Positions 39,540 through 51,798 of a stretch of 64,000 bases of DNA are shown in pieces. Below the pieces are notes generated by a model, which saw only the letters and a list, made by a program, of their open reading frames with translations, was not told the origin of the DNA and did not search any database. The number at the start of each line of letters is the position of its first letter. Within the stretch, counting starts at the first letter, position 1. Source of the stretch: an uncultured candidate division Zixibacteria bacterium (GTDB lineage: Bacteria; Zixibacteria; MSB-5A5; GN15; FEB-12); NCBI GenBank assembly GCA_963664195.1, contig OY760907.1:2400001-2464000 (forward strand). Direction: 5' to 3'. A program made the position numbers and the translations under genes.

Positions 39540-40055
39540 ATGGAAGAAAAGGTTAGAGAGTTTCTAAAGAGTCATTTCCCGGACGCTGTTGTGAGCGAGG
39601 ACAATTTCCGTGACCAGCAGTCTTTCTACATTCAACCGGACCAGTTGATGTCGATCGTGCAGGCGATTGTCGAGAACTCGGATCTCGACACGCGCTATCT
39701 CTGCGACATCACCTCGGTTGACTGGCTGGAGCAGCAGGAAGAGAAAGGCGGACGGTTTGAGGTCGTCTACAATTTCTACAGCCTTTCGCACAAGCACCGT
39801 TTCTTTCTCAAGACGATGCTCCCTGCCGAGGATCCGGAAATCGACAGCCTGACTCCCCTGTTCAACGGGGCCAACTGGATGGAAAGAGAGGTTTGGGACC
39901 TGATGGGCATCAAGTTCACCGGTCACCCCAATCTCACCAAGATTCTGACCCCGGACGAGCTTGAGGGCCACCCCCTGAGACGGGATTTCCCGCTTACCTA
40001 CGAAGTGCCGCAGTTCAACTGGAACAAGGATGATCCTCCCGAGGTGATCAAGTAG
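39540..40055 (+). CDS. nuoC: NADH-quinone oxidoreductase subunit C
   Basis: ANWMEREVWDLMGI.F.GHP...GHPLRRDFP. Confidence 0.95.
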   Translation: MEEKVREFLKSHFPDAVVSEDNFRDQQSFYIQPDQLMSIVQAIVENSDLDTRYLCDITSVDWLEQQEEKGGRFEVVYNFYSLSHKHRFFLKTMLPAEDPEIDSLTPLFNGANWMEREVWDLMGIKFTGHPNLTKILTPDELEGHPLRRDFPLTYEVPQFNWNKDDPPEVIK

Positions 40056-41224
40056 TGGAAAAGAAGACACTCACTGTCAACATGGGACCACAGCACCCCG
40101 CCACTCACGGTGTGCTGCGCGTCATCCTCGAAGTAGAGGGAGAGACCATCGTCAAGGCGACTCCTGTTGTGGGGTATCTGCATACCGGCATCGAAAAGAC
40201 GATGGAGAGCAAGCTCTACTACAAAGCGATCCCCTGCACAGACCGTATGGATTATCTCTCGCCGATGATGAACAACCTCGGCTTCTGTCTGGCAGTGGAA
40301 AAACTGATGGGTATTGAGGTACCCGAGAAAGTCAAATGGGCGCGCGTCTGCTTGGCCGAACTCACGCGAATCAAATCGCACCTCGTCTGGCTTGGAACTC
40401 ACGCCATGGACCTCGGCGCGGTATCGATGAGTCTCTATGCTTTCCGCGAGCGTGAGATGATCGTGGATATCTACGAAGCCTGCGGCGGTCAGCGGATGAT
40501 GTCAACCTACATCCGTATCGGCGGGCTGTCCCACGAACTGCCTCCGAATTTCGAGCAACTTGTCCGGACCGTCCTCAAGGAAATGCCGGACCGTCTGGAT
40601 GACTACGAAGCCCTGCTGACCAACAACAGGATTTTCATCGGTCGAACAAAGAACGTGGCCGTGATTTCTGCCGAGGATGCCATCAACTGGTCGCTCTCCG
40701 GCCCGATGCTCCGAGGCTCCGGCGTCAAACAGGACCTTCGCAAGGACAACCCATACTCCGGGTATGAAAACTTTGACTTTGATATAGCTCTCGGCGAAAA
40801 CGGCGATTCCTACGACCGGTATCTCCTGAGACTCGAAGAAATTCGCCAGTCTCTTCGCATCATACAGCAGGCCATCGACGGTATGCCGGAAGGACCGTAT
40901 CGGGCGCATGTCCCGGGCGTGGTGCTTCCGCCGAAGGAAGACGTTCTCCATAAAATGGAATCGCTAATCTTCCACTTCAAGATTATCACGGATGGTTTCA
41001 AGACTCCGGTGGGGTCGGTCTACCAGGCTGTCGAGGCATCCAAGGGCGAGCTCGGGTTCTATATCGCGTCCAACGGCTCGAACAGGCCCCAGCGCATACG
41101 CGTGCGGCCGCCGTCGTTCATCAATCTCTCGGCGCTTCCGCAGTTGATTGAAGGATCAATGGTAGCTGATGCCGTTTGCGCCATCGGTACTCTGGACATC
41201 GTGCTGGGGGAGGTGGATCGATGA
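40055..41224 (+). CDS. nuoD: NADH-quinone oxidoreductase subunit D
   Basis: NMGPQHPATHGVLR...DIVLGEVDR. Confidence 0.97.
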   Translation: MEKKTLTVNMGPQHPATHGVLRVILEVEGETIVKATPVVGYLHTGIEKTMESKLYYKAIPCTDRMDYLSPMMNNLGFCLAVEKLMGIEVPEKVKWARVCLAELTRIKSHLVWLGTHAMDLGAVSMSLYAFREREMIVDIYEACGGQRMMSTYIRIGGLSHELPPNFEQLVRTVLKEMPDRLDDYEALLTNNRIFIGRTKNVAVISAEDAINWSLSGPMLRGSGVKQDLRKDNPYSGYENFDFDIALGENGDSYDRYLLRLEEIRQSLRIIQQAIDGMPEGPYRAHVPGVVLPPKEDVLHKMESLIFHFKIITDGFKTPVGSVYQAVEASKGELGFYIASNGSNRPQRIRVRPPSFINLSALPQLIEGSMVADAVCAIGTLDIVLGEVDR

Positions 41225-41709
41225 TTCTCTCTGAGCAGTCAATCAGCAGAATAATAGAAGCGCAGGCCCTGTACCCGCGCCCCAAGTCGGTCATCCTGCC
41301 GGCTATTACGATTGCCTACCGTCAGGTGGGGCATTTGAGCGACGAAATCTACCAAGAAATCGCGCAGATCACCGGCCTTCACACAGTAGAGATAGCCGAG
41401 GCCGCGACGTTCTATACTATGTTCCCCAAGCAGCCAACCGGGAAATACCTCATTCAGGTCTGTCACAATCTTTCCTGCTCTCTGATGGGGGCCGACAATC
41501 TTATTGTCTATCTCGAAGAGAAACTGGGGATCAAGAAGGGGGAGACGACGTCGGACAACATGTTCACTCTCATTTCGGTCGAGTGCTTGGGCTCCTGTGC
41601 TACGGCTCCGATGATGCAGATCAATCACGATTATTACGAGAATCTGACCCGTGAGAAGGTGGACAATATCCTCGAAGAACTGAGAGTCAAGGCGGAGGCG
41701 AAAGCATGA
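41221..41709 (+). CDS. nuoE: NADH-quinone oxidoreductase subunit E
   Basis: ATFYTMF, CHNLSC...ECLGSC. Start at ATG 41221 overlapping the nuoD stop. Confidence 0.95.
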   Translation: MILSEQSISRIIEAQALYPRPKSVILPAITIAYRQVGHLSDEIYQEIAQITGLHTVEIAEAATFYTMFPKQPTGKYLIQVCHNLSCSLMGADNLIVYLEEKLGIKKGETTSDNMFTLISVECLGSCATAPMMQINHDYYENLTREKVDNILEELRVKAEAKA

Positions 41710-43043
41710 GTTTCTATTCGCCGGTCAGGACAAACGCGGCCGAAGTCGCCGACTCTGAAAAACTGCACCTGTTCAGATATGTCGAAGACCCGGATCAGCC
41801 GAAGATTGAGACGTTCGAAGCTCACGGTGGTTATGTCGCCTGGCGCAAGGCGCTGACATCGATGAAGCCGGAACAGGTGGCCGGAGAAGTCAAGAACGCC
41901 GGATTGCGCGGTCGTGGCGGAGCCGGATTCCCAACTGGAATCAAGTGGGGCTTCATCCCCAAAGGTTCACCCAAACCCAAATACCTTGTCTGCAATGCTG
42001 ACGAATCAGAGCCGGGTACCTGCAAGGACCGGGTTATCATGGAGCGCGACCCGCACGCCATGATTGAGGGAATGGCGATTGCCTCATTTGCCATTGATTC
42101 CCACTTGATGTTCGTTTATATCCGGGGTGAGTTCGGGCACTGCGCCGATGTTGTCAGGCAGGCGGTCAAAGAGGCATACGAAAAAGGACATCTCGGCAAG
42201 AACATCTATGACACCGGATACGATCTCGACATGATCGTGCACACCGGCGGTGGCGCTTATATATGCGGCGAGGAAACCGCGTTGCTCAATTCGATTGAGG
42301 GGCACAAAGGGATGTCGCGCATTCGTCCGCCGTTCCCGGCGATTGAGGGGCTGTATGCATGCCCGACAATCGTGAACAACGTTGAGTCGCTTGCCTCGGT
42401 GCCGCATATCATCAATCGCGGAGCTGACTGGTACAAAGCGCTCGGCACCGAGAAGAGTTGCGGATCGAAGATATTCAGCCTCTCCGGTCATGTCAGACAA
42501 CCCGGTAACTATGAACTGGAACTTGGCCACAGCCTGAAGGACTTCATCTACAACGAGAAGTACGGCGGCGGCATCCTCGGAGACAAAAAGCTCAAGGGTG
42601 TGATCCCCGGCGGTTCCTCGACTCCGTTCCTGACACCTGACATGATTGACGTCGGCATGGACTACGAGTCGTTGACCACGGTTGGTACCATGCTCGGATC
42701 GGGGGCGGTGATAGTTTTCCACGAAGACACCTGTATCGTGTGGGCCATCCTCAAGCTGATCCATTTCTACCGTCACGAGTCATGCGGCAAATGTACGCCG
42801 TGCCGTGAGGGAACAGGATGGCTGGAGCAGATCATCCGTGCCGTTGAAACCGGCCATGGCAAGCCCGGCGATGTAGAGAAGATTGAGAATATTTGTGAGA
42901 ATATAATGGGACGCACCGTCTGCCCGCTCGGCGACGCGGCGGTGATGCCCATACAGTCCGCGATAAAGCACTGGCGTGACGAATGGCAATACCATATCGA
43001 TCATGGCAAGTGCATGGTTAAAACGAATTTCGAATTTGCCTGA
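41706..43043 (+). CDS. nuoF: NADH-quinone oxidoreductase subunit F
   Basis: GLRGRGGAGFPTG, NADESEPG, YICGEETAL, ESCGKCTPCREG. Confidence 0.97.
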   Translation: MSFYSPVRTNAAEVADSEKLHLFRYVEDPDQPKIETFEAHGGYVAWRKALTSMKPEQVAGEVKNAGLRGRGGAGFPTGIKWGFIPKGSPKPKYLVCNADESEPGTCKDRVIMERDPHAMIEGMAIASFAIDSHLMFVYIRGEFGHCADVVRQAVKEAYEKGHLGKNIYDTGYDLDMIVHTGGGAYICGEETALLNSIEGHKGMSRIRPPFPAIEGLYACPTIVNNVESLASVPHIINRGADWYKALGTEKSCGSKIFSLSGHVRQPGNYELELGHSLKDFIYNEKYGGGILGDKKLKGVIPGGSSTPFLTPDMIDVGMDYESLTTVGTMLGSGAVIVFHEDTCIVWAILKLIHFYRHESCGKCTPCREGTGWLEQIIRAVETGHGKPGDVEKIENICENIMGRTVCPLGDAAVMPIQSAIKHWRDEWQYHIDHGKCMVKTNFEFA

Positions 43044-43051
43044 GAACGAAG

Positions 43052-45613
43052 ATGGCTGACGCGGTAGATAAAAACACAGCGGTCACAGAGCCGGTCAAGA
43101 CGGTCACGCTCACAATCGACGGTCGGGAGACCACAGTACCGAAAGGTACCACAGTTCTTCAGGCGGCACGGGACATGGGGATTATCATTCCCACGTTCTG
43201 CTGGCACCCCAAGCTGAGTCCTGCGGGTTCGTGCCGGTTGTGCTATGTCGAAATCGAGAAGATGCCCAAGCTCGCAGTTTCGTGTGCGACCGAGGCTATG
43301 GACGGCATGATCGTCCATACCGATTCCGACCTCGTCAAACGAGGTCGTCGGGCAGTGATCGAATTCACGCTCATGAATCACCCGCTGGATTGCCCCACGT
43401 GCGACAAGGGCGGCGAATGCACGCTTCAGGATATGACCTTTGCCCACGGAGTCGATGACACCCGTTTCGATTTCCAGAAGGCCCGGTTCAGGGAAGAGGG
43501 CGAGGATTCCACGTTCGATGACCACCGGATCGGACCCGAGATCATTCTTAATCGCAATCGGTGCATTCTGTGTTACCGATGTGTACGGGCAAACAAGGAA
43601 GCCTTTGGAGAGTTTGATCTCGGCGCATACGAGCGCGGCAACATCACGCAGATAAACGCTGCCCCTGGACAGGTGGTTGACAATCCGTTCTCCGGGAATC
43701 TTGTCGAGATTTGTCCGGTCGGCGCTCTGACCAACACTGACTGGCGGTACAAGGCACGAGTCTGGAAGACCCAGACAACCTCTTCGATCTGTCCGTACTC
43801 AAGCTCCGGTACCAATATTCTGTTCTACAAGCAGGACAACAAACAGTTGATTCGCCGTGTGACCTCACGGTGCAACGACGATATAGACGATGGTTGGCTG
43901 TCGGATATTACCCGCTACGGCTACCAGATAGTTGGCTCCGATGATCGTCTGCAAACGCCCCTGATCAAAAAAGAGGGTAAGCAGGTCAAGGCTACCTGGG
44001 ATGAGGCGCTTGAGGTTATCGAAAAACGTTTGACCGAGATCATTGACAAGAAGGGCCGCGTCTGTATCGGTGGTTTGGTTTCGCCGAGTCTGGACAATGC
44101 GACGCTGCACAGCTTTTCAAAACTGATGCGCATTGCTATCGGCACCAACAATGTTGATCATCGGCATGACTATCGCATGCTTCCCAAGGAAGCACCCAAT
44201 GCGTATGACATTCTGGCTTCGCGACCGTTCAAGATTGCAGATATCGATTCTTCCGACGTGATTGTGACGCTTGGTTCCGATCTGCTCAAAGAGCACCACA
44301 ACGAATATCTTCGAATTCGCAAAGCGTACAACTTCCGCCAGGCAACTGTCTATTCGCTGAATCCGTACAATGTCAAGGCAGCCGATGTTGCCCGTCGTGA
44401 GTTGGTCTACAACATAGGCACTGAGGAAGTGCTCCTTAACGCGATATGCCTTGCTGCTATCGAAGATGGTCTCGTGGAAAACGCCGGTGATTTGAAAAGC
44501 AAAATCCAACCGGAGTCAGCTTCGAAAGCAGCTGAGATATGCGGCGTTGAGCTGGCCGCGATCAGAGAGGTTGCCGGGGCGCTGGCTGCAGGCAGAAAAA
44601 TAACATTCTTCGCCGGTGAGATCGTTAGTCGATCCATCGCGCGCGAACTGATCGCAGCCGCAATGTGCAATCTCAACCGTCTCTTCGGTATTGAGGCGAA
44701 GGGCCAGATCACGGCTCTTGGTCGATACGCCAACTCAGTTGGTGCTGAGAAACTCGGTCTTACGCCGGAAAACTCTCCTGCGGCCAAGGAAGCGCTCAAA
44801 ACTCTCTGGGGCCAGTGGCCGGAGTCAGAGCCTTGGAATACGGACAAGATGATGGTCAACATGAAGAAGGAAGAGATTGCCGGGTGCCTCATTATGGGCA
44901 GCAACCCCGTGATGCTCTATCCTGACCGTGAGTTCGTCCGCGAAGGTCTGGAGAAACTCGATTTCCTCGCTGTTGCCGACTTGTTCGAAACCGACACGAC
45001 GATCCTCGCCGATGTCGTTCTGCCACTGGCCAGTTGGGCCGAGTACGACGGCGAATACGTCAACCTCGAAGGCAAGGTGCAGCGCGCAAACAAAGCGCTC
45101 AAGCCGCGCTTCGGATCTCGTCCCGGCTACGTAATTGCAGAACAGATTGCGGAGCATCTCGGGACGAACCTGTACGAATCGAACGCCGACCGGCAGAACG
45201 AAATCGAACACGTGCTGAGCGTTGACTGCACGCTGGCCTGGCCCGATGGTTTTGTCGAGGTTCCGGCAGCGCCGGACGAAGTACCCAAAGAATTTCCGGT
45301 CCCGTTGCTGGTGGGGGATGACCCGCATCACAGCGGGCACCTGACAGAAAAAGCCAACTCGCTGGCGAATTTCTCCGGCGAGGCGTACATAGAGATGTCG
45401 GCCGATACGGCAGCCCGGTATGAACTGGCCGATGGCGATTCGGTGCGAGTGGAATCACCGGTGGGCAAGATCATTGTCCCTGCCCTGATTTCAAACACCA
45501 TCGTCAACGACGTTGTGTTCATACCAAGGAATTTCTCATCCACTCACGTGACTTCGCTTATGATGCGGAAGAAGCGAGTGGACTGGGTCAAGCTCAGCAA
45601 GGTGGTAAGCTGA
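43052..45613 (+). CDS. nuoG: NADH-quinone oxidoreductase subunit G
   Basis: CWHPKL..AGSCRLC, HPLDCPTCDKGGEC, CILCYRC...CPVGAL, and a molybdopterin-oxidoreductase-like body. Confidence 0.95.
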   Translation: MADAVDKNTAVTEPVKTVTLTIDGRETTVPKGTTVLQAARDMGIIIPTFCWHPKLSPAGSCRLCYVEIEKMPKLAVSCATEAMDGMIVHTDSDLVKRGRRAVIEFTLMNHPLDCPTCDKGGECTLQDMTFAHGVDDTRFDFQKARFREEGEDSTFDDHRIGPEIILNRNRCILCYRCVRANKEAFGEFDLGAYERGNITQINAAPGQVVDNPFSGNLVEICPVGALTNTDWRYKARVWKTQTTSSICPYSSSGTNILFYKQDNKQLIRRVTSRCNDDIDDGWLSDITRYGYQIVGSDDRLQTPLIKKEGKQVKATWDEALEVIEKRLTEIIDKKGRVCIGGLVSPSLDNATLHSFSKLMRIAIGTNNVDHRHDYRMLPKEAPNAYDILASRPFKIADIDSSDVIVTLGSDLLKEHHNEYLRIRKAYNFRQATVYSLNPYNVKAADVARRELVYNIGTEEVLLNAICLAAIEDGLVENAGDLKSKIQPESASKAAEICGVELAAIREVAGALAAGRKITFFAGEIVSRSIARELIAAAMCNLNRLFGIEAKGQITALGRYANSVGAEKLGLTPENSPAAKEALKTLWGQWPESEPWNTDKMMVNMKKEEIAGCLIMGSNPVMLYPDREFVREGLEKLDFLAVADLFETDTTILADVVLPLASWAEYDGEYVNLEGKVQRANKALKPRFGSRPGYVIAEQIAEHLGTNLYESNADRQNEIEHVLSVDCTLAWPDGFVEVPAAPDEVPKEFPVPLLVGDDPHHSGHLTEKANSLANFSGEAYIEMSADTAARYELADGDSVRVESPVGKIIVPALISNTIVNDVVFIPRNFSSTHVTSLMMRKKRVDWVKLSKVVS

Positions 45614-45617
45614 TCCC

Positions 45618-46607
45618 ATGTTGGAAACAATAATCATTTCTTCGATTAAGGTTATCGCGGTCGTTTTGGTCGTGTTGGGTGGCTGCGCCTATTCAACCCT
45701 TTTGGAACGCAAGGTGCTGGCCTTCATGCAGCATCGCGTCGGCCCCATCAAAGCGGGTCCGTGGGGATTGCTTCAGCCTATCGCGGATGCGTTCAAGCTG
45801 ATGTTCAAGGAGGATATCGTTCCTGATCACGCGGAACGGGCCATGTTCACTCTGGCGCCGATCATCTCGTTTATCCCAGCTCTGATGATCTTTGCCGTGG
45901 TACCGTTCTCTGCCGACTTCTCGGTTTTTGGTTACGAGATCACAGGCGTCATTTCCGATCTGAATATAGGCGTTCTCTGGATTTTTGCCGTCACAGGCAT
46001 TTCCGTCTACGGGATATGTTTGGCCGGATGGGCCTCGGGATCGAAATACTCCCTGATGGGCGGCATCCGATCTGCGGCTCAGATGATATCCTACGAACTC
46101 AGCTACGGTCTGTCGATCGTCGGCGTTATCATTATCGGCAACACGCTCTCCATGACCGAGTTGGTCGGACAGCAGTCTTCGATTCTTGACTGGTATATCT
46201 GGAAACAGCCGCTCGGGTTTGTGCTGTATATCATCTGTGCGGTTGCGGAAACCAACCGTGTGCCGTTTGATCTTCCCGAAGCTGAATCGGAGCTTGTGGC
46301 CGGGTATCACACCGAGTATTCCTCCATGCGCTTCTCGACCTTTTTTGTCGCCGAGTACGGTTACATGATCGGTGTGGCGGCAGTCGGCTCGACACTGTTC
46401 TTCGGCGGCTGGCAGGGACCGTTCCTGCCGGGGATTCTCTGGTTCTGTGCGAAAGTATTCTGTTTTATGTTCTTCTATATATGGCTGCGGGCAACCCTGC
46501 CGCGATTCCGGTACGATCAGTTGATGGCGTTCGGATGGAAGGTGCTGTTCCCCCTGGCCGTGTTGAATACAATGGTGACCGCATTCATTGTGTTGTTCTT
46601 CGATTGA
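45618..46607 (+). CDS. nuoH: NADH-quinone oxidoreductase subunit H
   Basis: ERKV...GLLQPIADA.KL..KE, PFDLPEAESEL, PRFRYDQLM. Confidence 0.97.
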   Translation: MLETIIISSIKVIAVVLVVLGGCAYSTLLERKVLAFMQHRVGPIKAGPWGLLQPIADAFKLMFKEDIVPDHAERAMFTLAPIISFIPALMIFAVVPFSADFSVFGYEITGVISDLNIGVLWIFAVTGISVYGICLAGWASGSKYSLMGGIRSAAQMISYELSYGLSIVGVIIIGNTLSMTELVGQQSSILDWYIWKQPLGFVLYIICAVAETNRVPFDLPEAESELVAGYHTEYSSMRFSTFFVAEYGYMIGVAAVGSTLFFGGWQGPFLPGILWFCAKVFCFMFFYIWLRATLPRFRYDQLMAFGWKVLFPLAVLNTMVTAFIVLFFD

Positions 46608-46627
46608 CGACACGAGGCAGCAGATAG

Positions 46628-47131
46628 ATGAAAGAGTTTTTTAAAGTAATCTGGGACGTCGTAAGGATGCCGGCGGGCTTGTTCGTTACGTTCAAGCACA
46701 TGTTCAAAAAGCCGCTGACATTTGATTACCCGTCGGAGAAAGTGCCGATGGCTCCGCGCTTCAAGGGGCTGCACTATCTCGAACGTTACGACGATGGCAC
46801 CGAGCGTTGTGTCTGTTGCGGACTCTGCGCTGCCGCATGTCCGGCGGATGCGATTTACATGGAGCCGGCAGAGAACGATCGTGGCGAGCGTTACGCCAAA
46901 GTCTACGAGATCAACCTCCTGAGGTGTATTTACTGCGGCTTCTGCGAGGAAGCCTGCCCCGAGGAGGCGATCTTCCTCGGACAGGAATACGAGTTTGCTA
47001 CCGATAACCGTCCGGACTTCATTTATCCGAAAGAGAAGATGCTGGTGCAGCATCCGCGAAAAGACAATCCGTTCAAGAGAATTAACCGACGTCTCCGGAA
47101 AGTGTACGGCGTGCCTGCGAGTAAGTCATGA
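46628..47131 (+). CDS. nuoI: NADH-quinone oxidoreductase subunit I
   Basis: Two CxxCxxCxxxCP motifs. Confidence 0.96.
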   Translation: MKEFFKVIWDVVRMPAGLFVTFKHMFKKPLTFDYPSEKVPMAPRFKGLHYLERYDDGTERCVCCGLCAAACPADAIYMEPAENDRGERYAKVYEINLLRCIYCGFCEEACPEEAIFLGQEYEFATDNRPDFIYPKEKMLVQHPRKDNPFKRINRRLRKVYGVPASKS

Positions 47132-47712
47132 GTCTAGATATAGTCATCTTCATAGTATCGGCCCTGGTGGCCGTATTCGGCGCCACCATGATGATTGCCC
47201 AGCGCAATCCGGTAGCTTCGGTGCTATACATGATCCTGTCGCTGGTGGCGCAGGCAGCGTGCTACGTGCAACTGGGTGCCCTGTTTCTGGGCGCGATCCT
47301 GATTGTCGTGTACGCCGGGGCCATCATGGTCCTGTTCCTGTTCGTCATCATGTTGTTGAATCTTCGCGGTGGCGAAGATCTTGGAACGGGTGGCAAACCG
47401 GTCAGCCTGTTTACGAAATACGCTTTCGGGATACTGTTGGCGCTGGAGCTGGCGTTCATCGTCAGTGACGTACCTCTTCGGGCAACCGCTAACGGCGTAA
47501 TGGGTGATCCCGGCACGGAATTCGGTGCCGTCTCCACAGTGGCCCGCCTGATGTACACGGACTATCTCTACCCGTTTGAACTGACAGGCATTCTGTTGCT
47601 GGCTGCAGTGATCGGGGCGGTGGTGCTCGCCAAGTCTCGACGCGGAGATGACGATTCGCTCAGTCCCGAGATAGAGACGGCAGAGAGTCAAACAGAAGAA
47701 GTGGTGAAATAA
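47128..47712 (+). CDS. nuoJ: NADH-quinone oxidoreductase subunit J
   Basis: VYAGAIMVLFLFVIMLL, PFE...LL.A.IGA. Confidence 0.95.
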   Translation: MSLDIVIFIVSALVAVFGATMMIAQRNPVASVLYMILSLVAQAACYVQLGALFLGAILIVVYAGAIMVLFLFVIMLLNLRGGEDLGTGGKPVSLFTKYAFGILLALELAFIVSDVPLRATANGVMGDPGTEFGAVSTVARLMYTDYLYPFELTGILLLAAVIGAVVLAKSRRGDDDSLSPEIETAESQTEEVVK

Positions 47713-47714
47713 GT

Positions 47715-48017
47715 ATGGTACCTGTTTCCGCATACTTGATCCTGGCCATGGTGCTTTTTGGCATCGGTACGGTCGGCGTGCTCATTTCGCGCAACGTGAT
47801 CATACTTGTCATGGCGATAGAGCTAATGCTGAACGCCGCCAACCTGGCGCTGATCGCCTTCTCGAGGGCGCTCAATATATCAGACGGTCACGTTATTGTC
47901 TTCCTAGTGATGACCGTTGCAGCAGCCGAGGTTGCAGTTGGCCTGGCAATGATAATCATGGTTTTCCGGAATCGCGAGACGATCAATGTCGACCGATTCA
48001 GTTTGTTGAAATGGTAG
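47715..48017 (+). CDS. nuoK: NADH-quinone oxidoreductase subunit K
   Basis: IELMLNAANL, VAAAEVAVGLA. Confidence 0.96.
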   Translation: MVPVSAYLILAMVLFGIGTVGVLISRNVIILVMAIELMLNAANLALIAFSRALNISDGHVIVFLVMTVAAAEVAVGLAMIIMVFRNRETINVDRFSLLKW

Positions 48018-48028
48018 GAAGGGCATAG

Positions 48029-49975
48029 ATGGCAGAGTATCTCTTTCTCATCCCGCTGTTCCCGTTAATCGGGTTTATTATCAACGGGTTGTTGATCGGC
48101 CGAATCCCGAAACCGCTAATCACTGCGGTTGCTGTGGGAGCAAGCGGCCTGTCATTCGTGCTGTCAGTCGTGCTCTTTTTCGAACTGAAGGCACTGCCGG
48201 TCGATGCCCGGGTGATCGAGCAAACGTTGTTCGATTGGATTACCGCCGGAAGATTCCATGTCGATGTCGGCTTCCTGCTCGACCCGTTGTCAGCCGTAAT
48301 GATTCTCGTGGTCACTGGAGTGGGCACGCTGATCCACATTTACTCGGTTGGCTACATGGCCCACGACAAGGGCTACGGTCGATTCTTCGCGTACCTGAAC
48401 CTGTTTACGTTCTCGATGCTCATGCTTGTGCTCGCGGACAATTTCCTGCTGATGTTTGTCGGCTGGGAGGGTGTAGGCCTGTGCTCCTACCTGCTGATCG
48501 GATTTTGGTATCACAAGAAGTCGGCCTCAGATGCCGGCAAGAAGGCGTTTATTGTCAATCGTATCGGTGACTTCGGATTCCTCATCGGCATGTTCATTGT
48601 CTTCTGGCAGGTTGGTTCACTCGACTTCGCCACGGTTGCCGCCAAAGCCCCGTATATGTTTATTGCCGGCGGTACTTTGATCACCACTGCCTGCTTGTGT
48701 CTATTCGTTGGAGCAACCGGCAAATCGGCTCAGATTCCGCTCTACGTCTGGCTGCCGGATGCGATGGAAGGCCCGACCCCGGTTTCGGCACTCATCCATG
48801 CTGCCACCATGGTTACGGCGGGTGTCTACATGATAGCACGTACCAACGTGCTGTTCATGATGGCCCCCGACGCGCTAATGGTAGTTGCCATTATTGGTGC
48901 CGCAACGGCGTTCTTCGCCGGAACCATTGGCCTGGCCCAAAACGATATCAAACGCGTGTTGGCCTACTCGACAGTCAGTCAGCTTGGATACATGTTCCTC
49001 GCCTGTGGCGTAGCGGCTTTTAGTGCCGGCATTTTCCATCTGATGACCCACGCCTTTTTCAAGGCCCTGTTATTCCTTGGTGCCGGCTCCGTGATTCACG
49101 CCATGTCCGACGAACAGGACATGCGGAATATGGGCGGTCTGAAAAGGCATCTGCCGGTCACATTCTGGACGTTCATGATGGCCACGCTGGCGATCTCGGG
49201 CATACCGTTGCTCTCGGGCTTTTTCTCAAAGGATGAAATTCTCTGGAAGTCGTTCTCGTCCGGTCACGGTCACTGGCTGCTCTGGGTAGTCGGCTTTGCC
49301 ACTGCCGGATTGACCGCGTTTTACATGTTCCGACTGGTGTATCTGACGTTCTACGGTGAAGAGCGGATGGATGCCGAGACGAAAAAACACATTCACGAAT
49401 CACCGAAGACAATGACCGTGCCGCTCACGGCGCTGGCGGTGCTTTCGGTGATCGGCGGCTATGTTGGCATACCGCATATCTTCGGTGCAACGAACTACTT
49501 TGAAGAATGGTTGCACCCGGTCATGGCCGGCACGCACCAGGAAGCGGCTGCTCACGCTCTGGCCTCGGTCGGAGCTGACACGAGTATGGAGTGGACGCTG
49601 ATGTTTGCTTCGGTAGCCCTGGTGTTGGTAGCGATTGGTCTGGCATACTACTTCTACCGGAAGAATCTGGCCGCAACCACCAAATTGGCCGAGAGCTTCT
49701 CCGGCATCAAGACGGCGCTGGCAAACAAGTATTACGTGGATGAATTCTACGGCGCCACGGTCGTTCGGCCGCTCGTTTATTTCTCGGTGTTTCTGTGGAA
49801 GATAGTGGACGTCGTCATTATTGATGGCTTCCTGAACGGCCTGGCGAGTCTCTGGCGCGACATATCCGATTTTCTCCGGCACAGTCAGTCAGGGAAGTTG
49901 CGTAACTACGCGACTGTGTTCACGGCCGGTGTTGTAGTGCTGTTGGCGTACGTAACCTACATTGTGATAAGATAA
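48029..49975 (+). CDS. nuoL: NADH-quinone oxidoreductase subunit L
   Basis: GWEGVGLCSYLLIGFW, WLPDAMEGPTPVSALIHAATMV, HAFFKALLFL. Confidence 0.97.
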   Translation: MAEYLFLIPLFPLIGFIINGLLIGRIPKPLITAVAVGASGLSFVLSVVLFFELKALPVDARVIEQTLFDWITAGRFHVDVGFLLDPLSAVMILVVTGVGTLIHIYSVGYMAHDKGYGRFFAYLNLFTFSMLMLVLADNFLLMFVGWEGVGLCSYLLIGFWYHKKSASDAGKKAFIVNRIGDFGFLIGMFIVFWQVGSLDFATVAAKAPYMFIAGGTLITTACLCLFVGATGKSAQIPLYVWLPDAMEGPTPVSALIHAATMVTAGVYMIARTNVLFMMAPDALMVVAIIGAATAFFAGTIGLAQNDIKRVLAYSTVSQLGYMFLACGVAAFSAGIFHLMTHAFFKALLFLGAGSVIHAMSDEQDMRNMGGLKRHLPVTFWTFMMATLAISGIPLLSGFFSKDEILWKSFSSGHGHWLLWVVGFATAGLTAFYMFRLVYLTFYGEERMDAETKKHIHESPKTMTVPLTALAVLSVIGGYVGIPHIFGATNYFEEWLHPVMAGTHQEAAAHALASVGADTSMEWTLMFASVALVLVAIGLAYYFYRKNLAATTKLAESFSGIKTALANKYYVDEFYGATVVRPLVYFSVFLWKIVDVVIIDGFLNGLASLWRDISDFLRHSQSGKLRNYATVFTAGVVVLLAYVTYIVIR

Positions 49976-49978
49976 GTA

Positions 49979-51545
<1,567 letters not shown>

Positions 51546-51553
<8 letters not shown>

Positions 51554-51767
51554 CGTTACGATCTATACCAAAGTTGGATGTCCGTACTGTGCGGCAGCCA
51601 AGAAGCACTACACGGATCAGGGAATAGAATTCAAGGAAATCGACGTTCACCAGACGTCGGGAGCTAAAGACAAAGTTAGGGAATTGAGTGACGGCAAGAA
51701 TATCGTCCCGATTATTGTCGAGGACGGTGCAGTCAAAGTCGGCTTTGGCGGTGGCTGAGGCATCTAG
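51546..51767 (+). CDS. Glutaredoxin-like protein (CPYC), probable C-terminal selenoprotein ending ...GFGGG-U-G-I* ('Uxx-star' type)
   Basis: IYTKVGCPYC...IVP.I...VGF. In-frame TGA at 51756 is followed by GGC ATC TAG and a SECIS-like hairpin. If the UGA is a stop, the CDS ends at 51758. Confidence 0.82.
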
Positions 51768-51771
51768 CCTC

Positions 51772-51787
51772 GGTGACGGTCGTCACC
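51772..51787 (+). promoter_or_regulatory. Putative bacterial SECIS element
   Basis: GGTGAC-GGTC-GTCACC. The stem starts 13 nt after the UGA, and the GGUC loop resembles the E. coli fdhF SECIS apical loop. Confidence 0.7.
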
Positions 51788-51798
51788 AGTGAGTAGAT

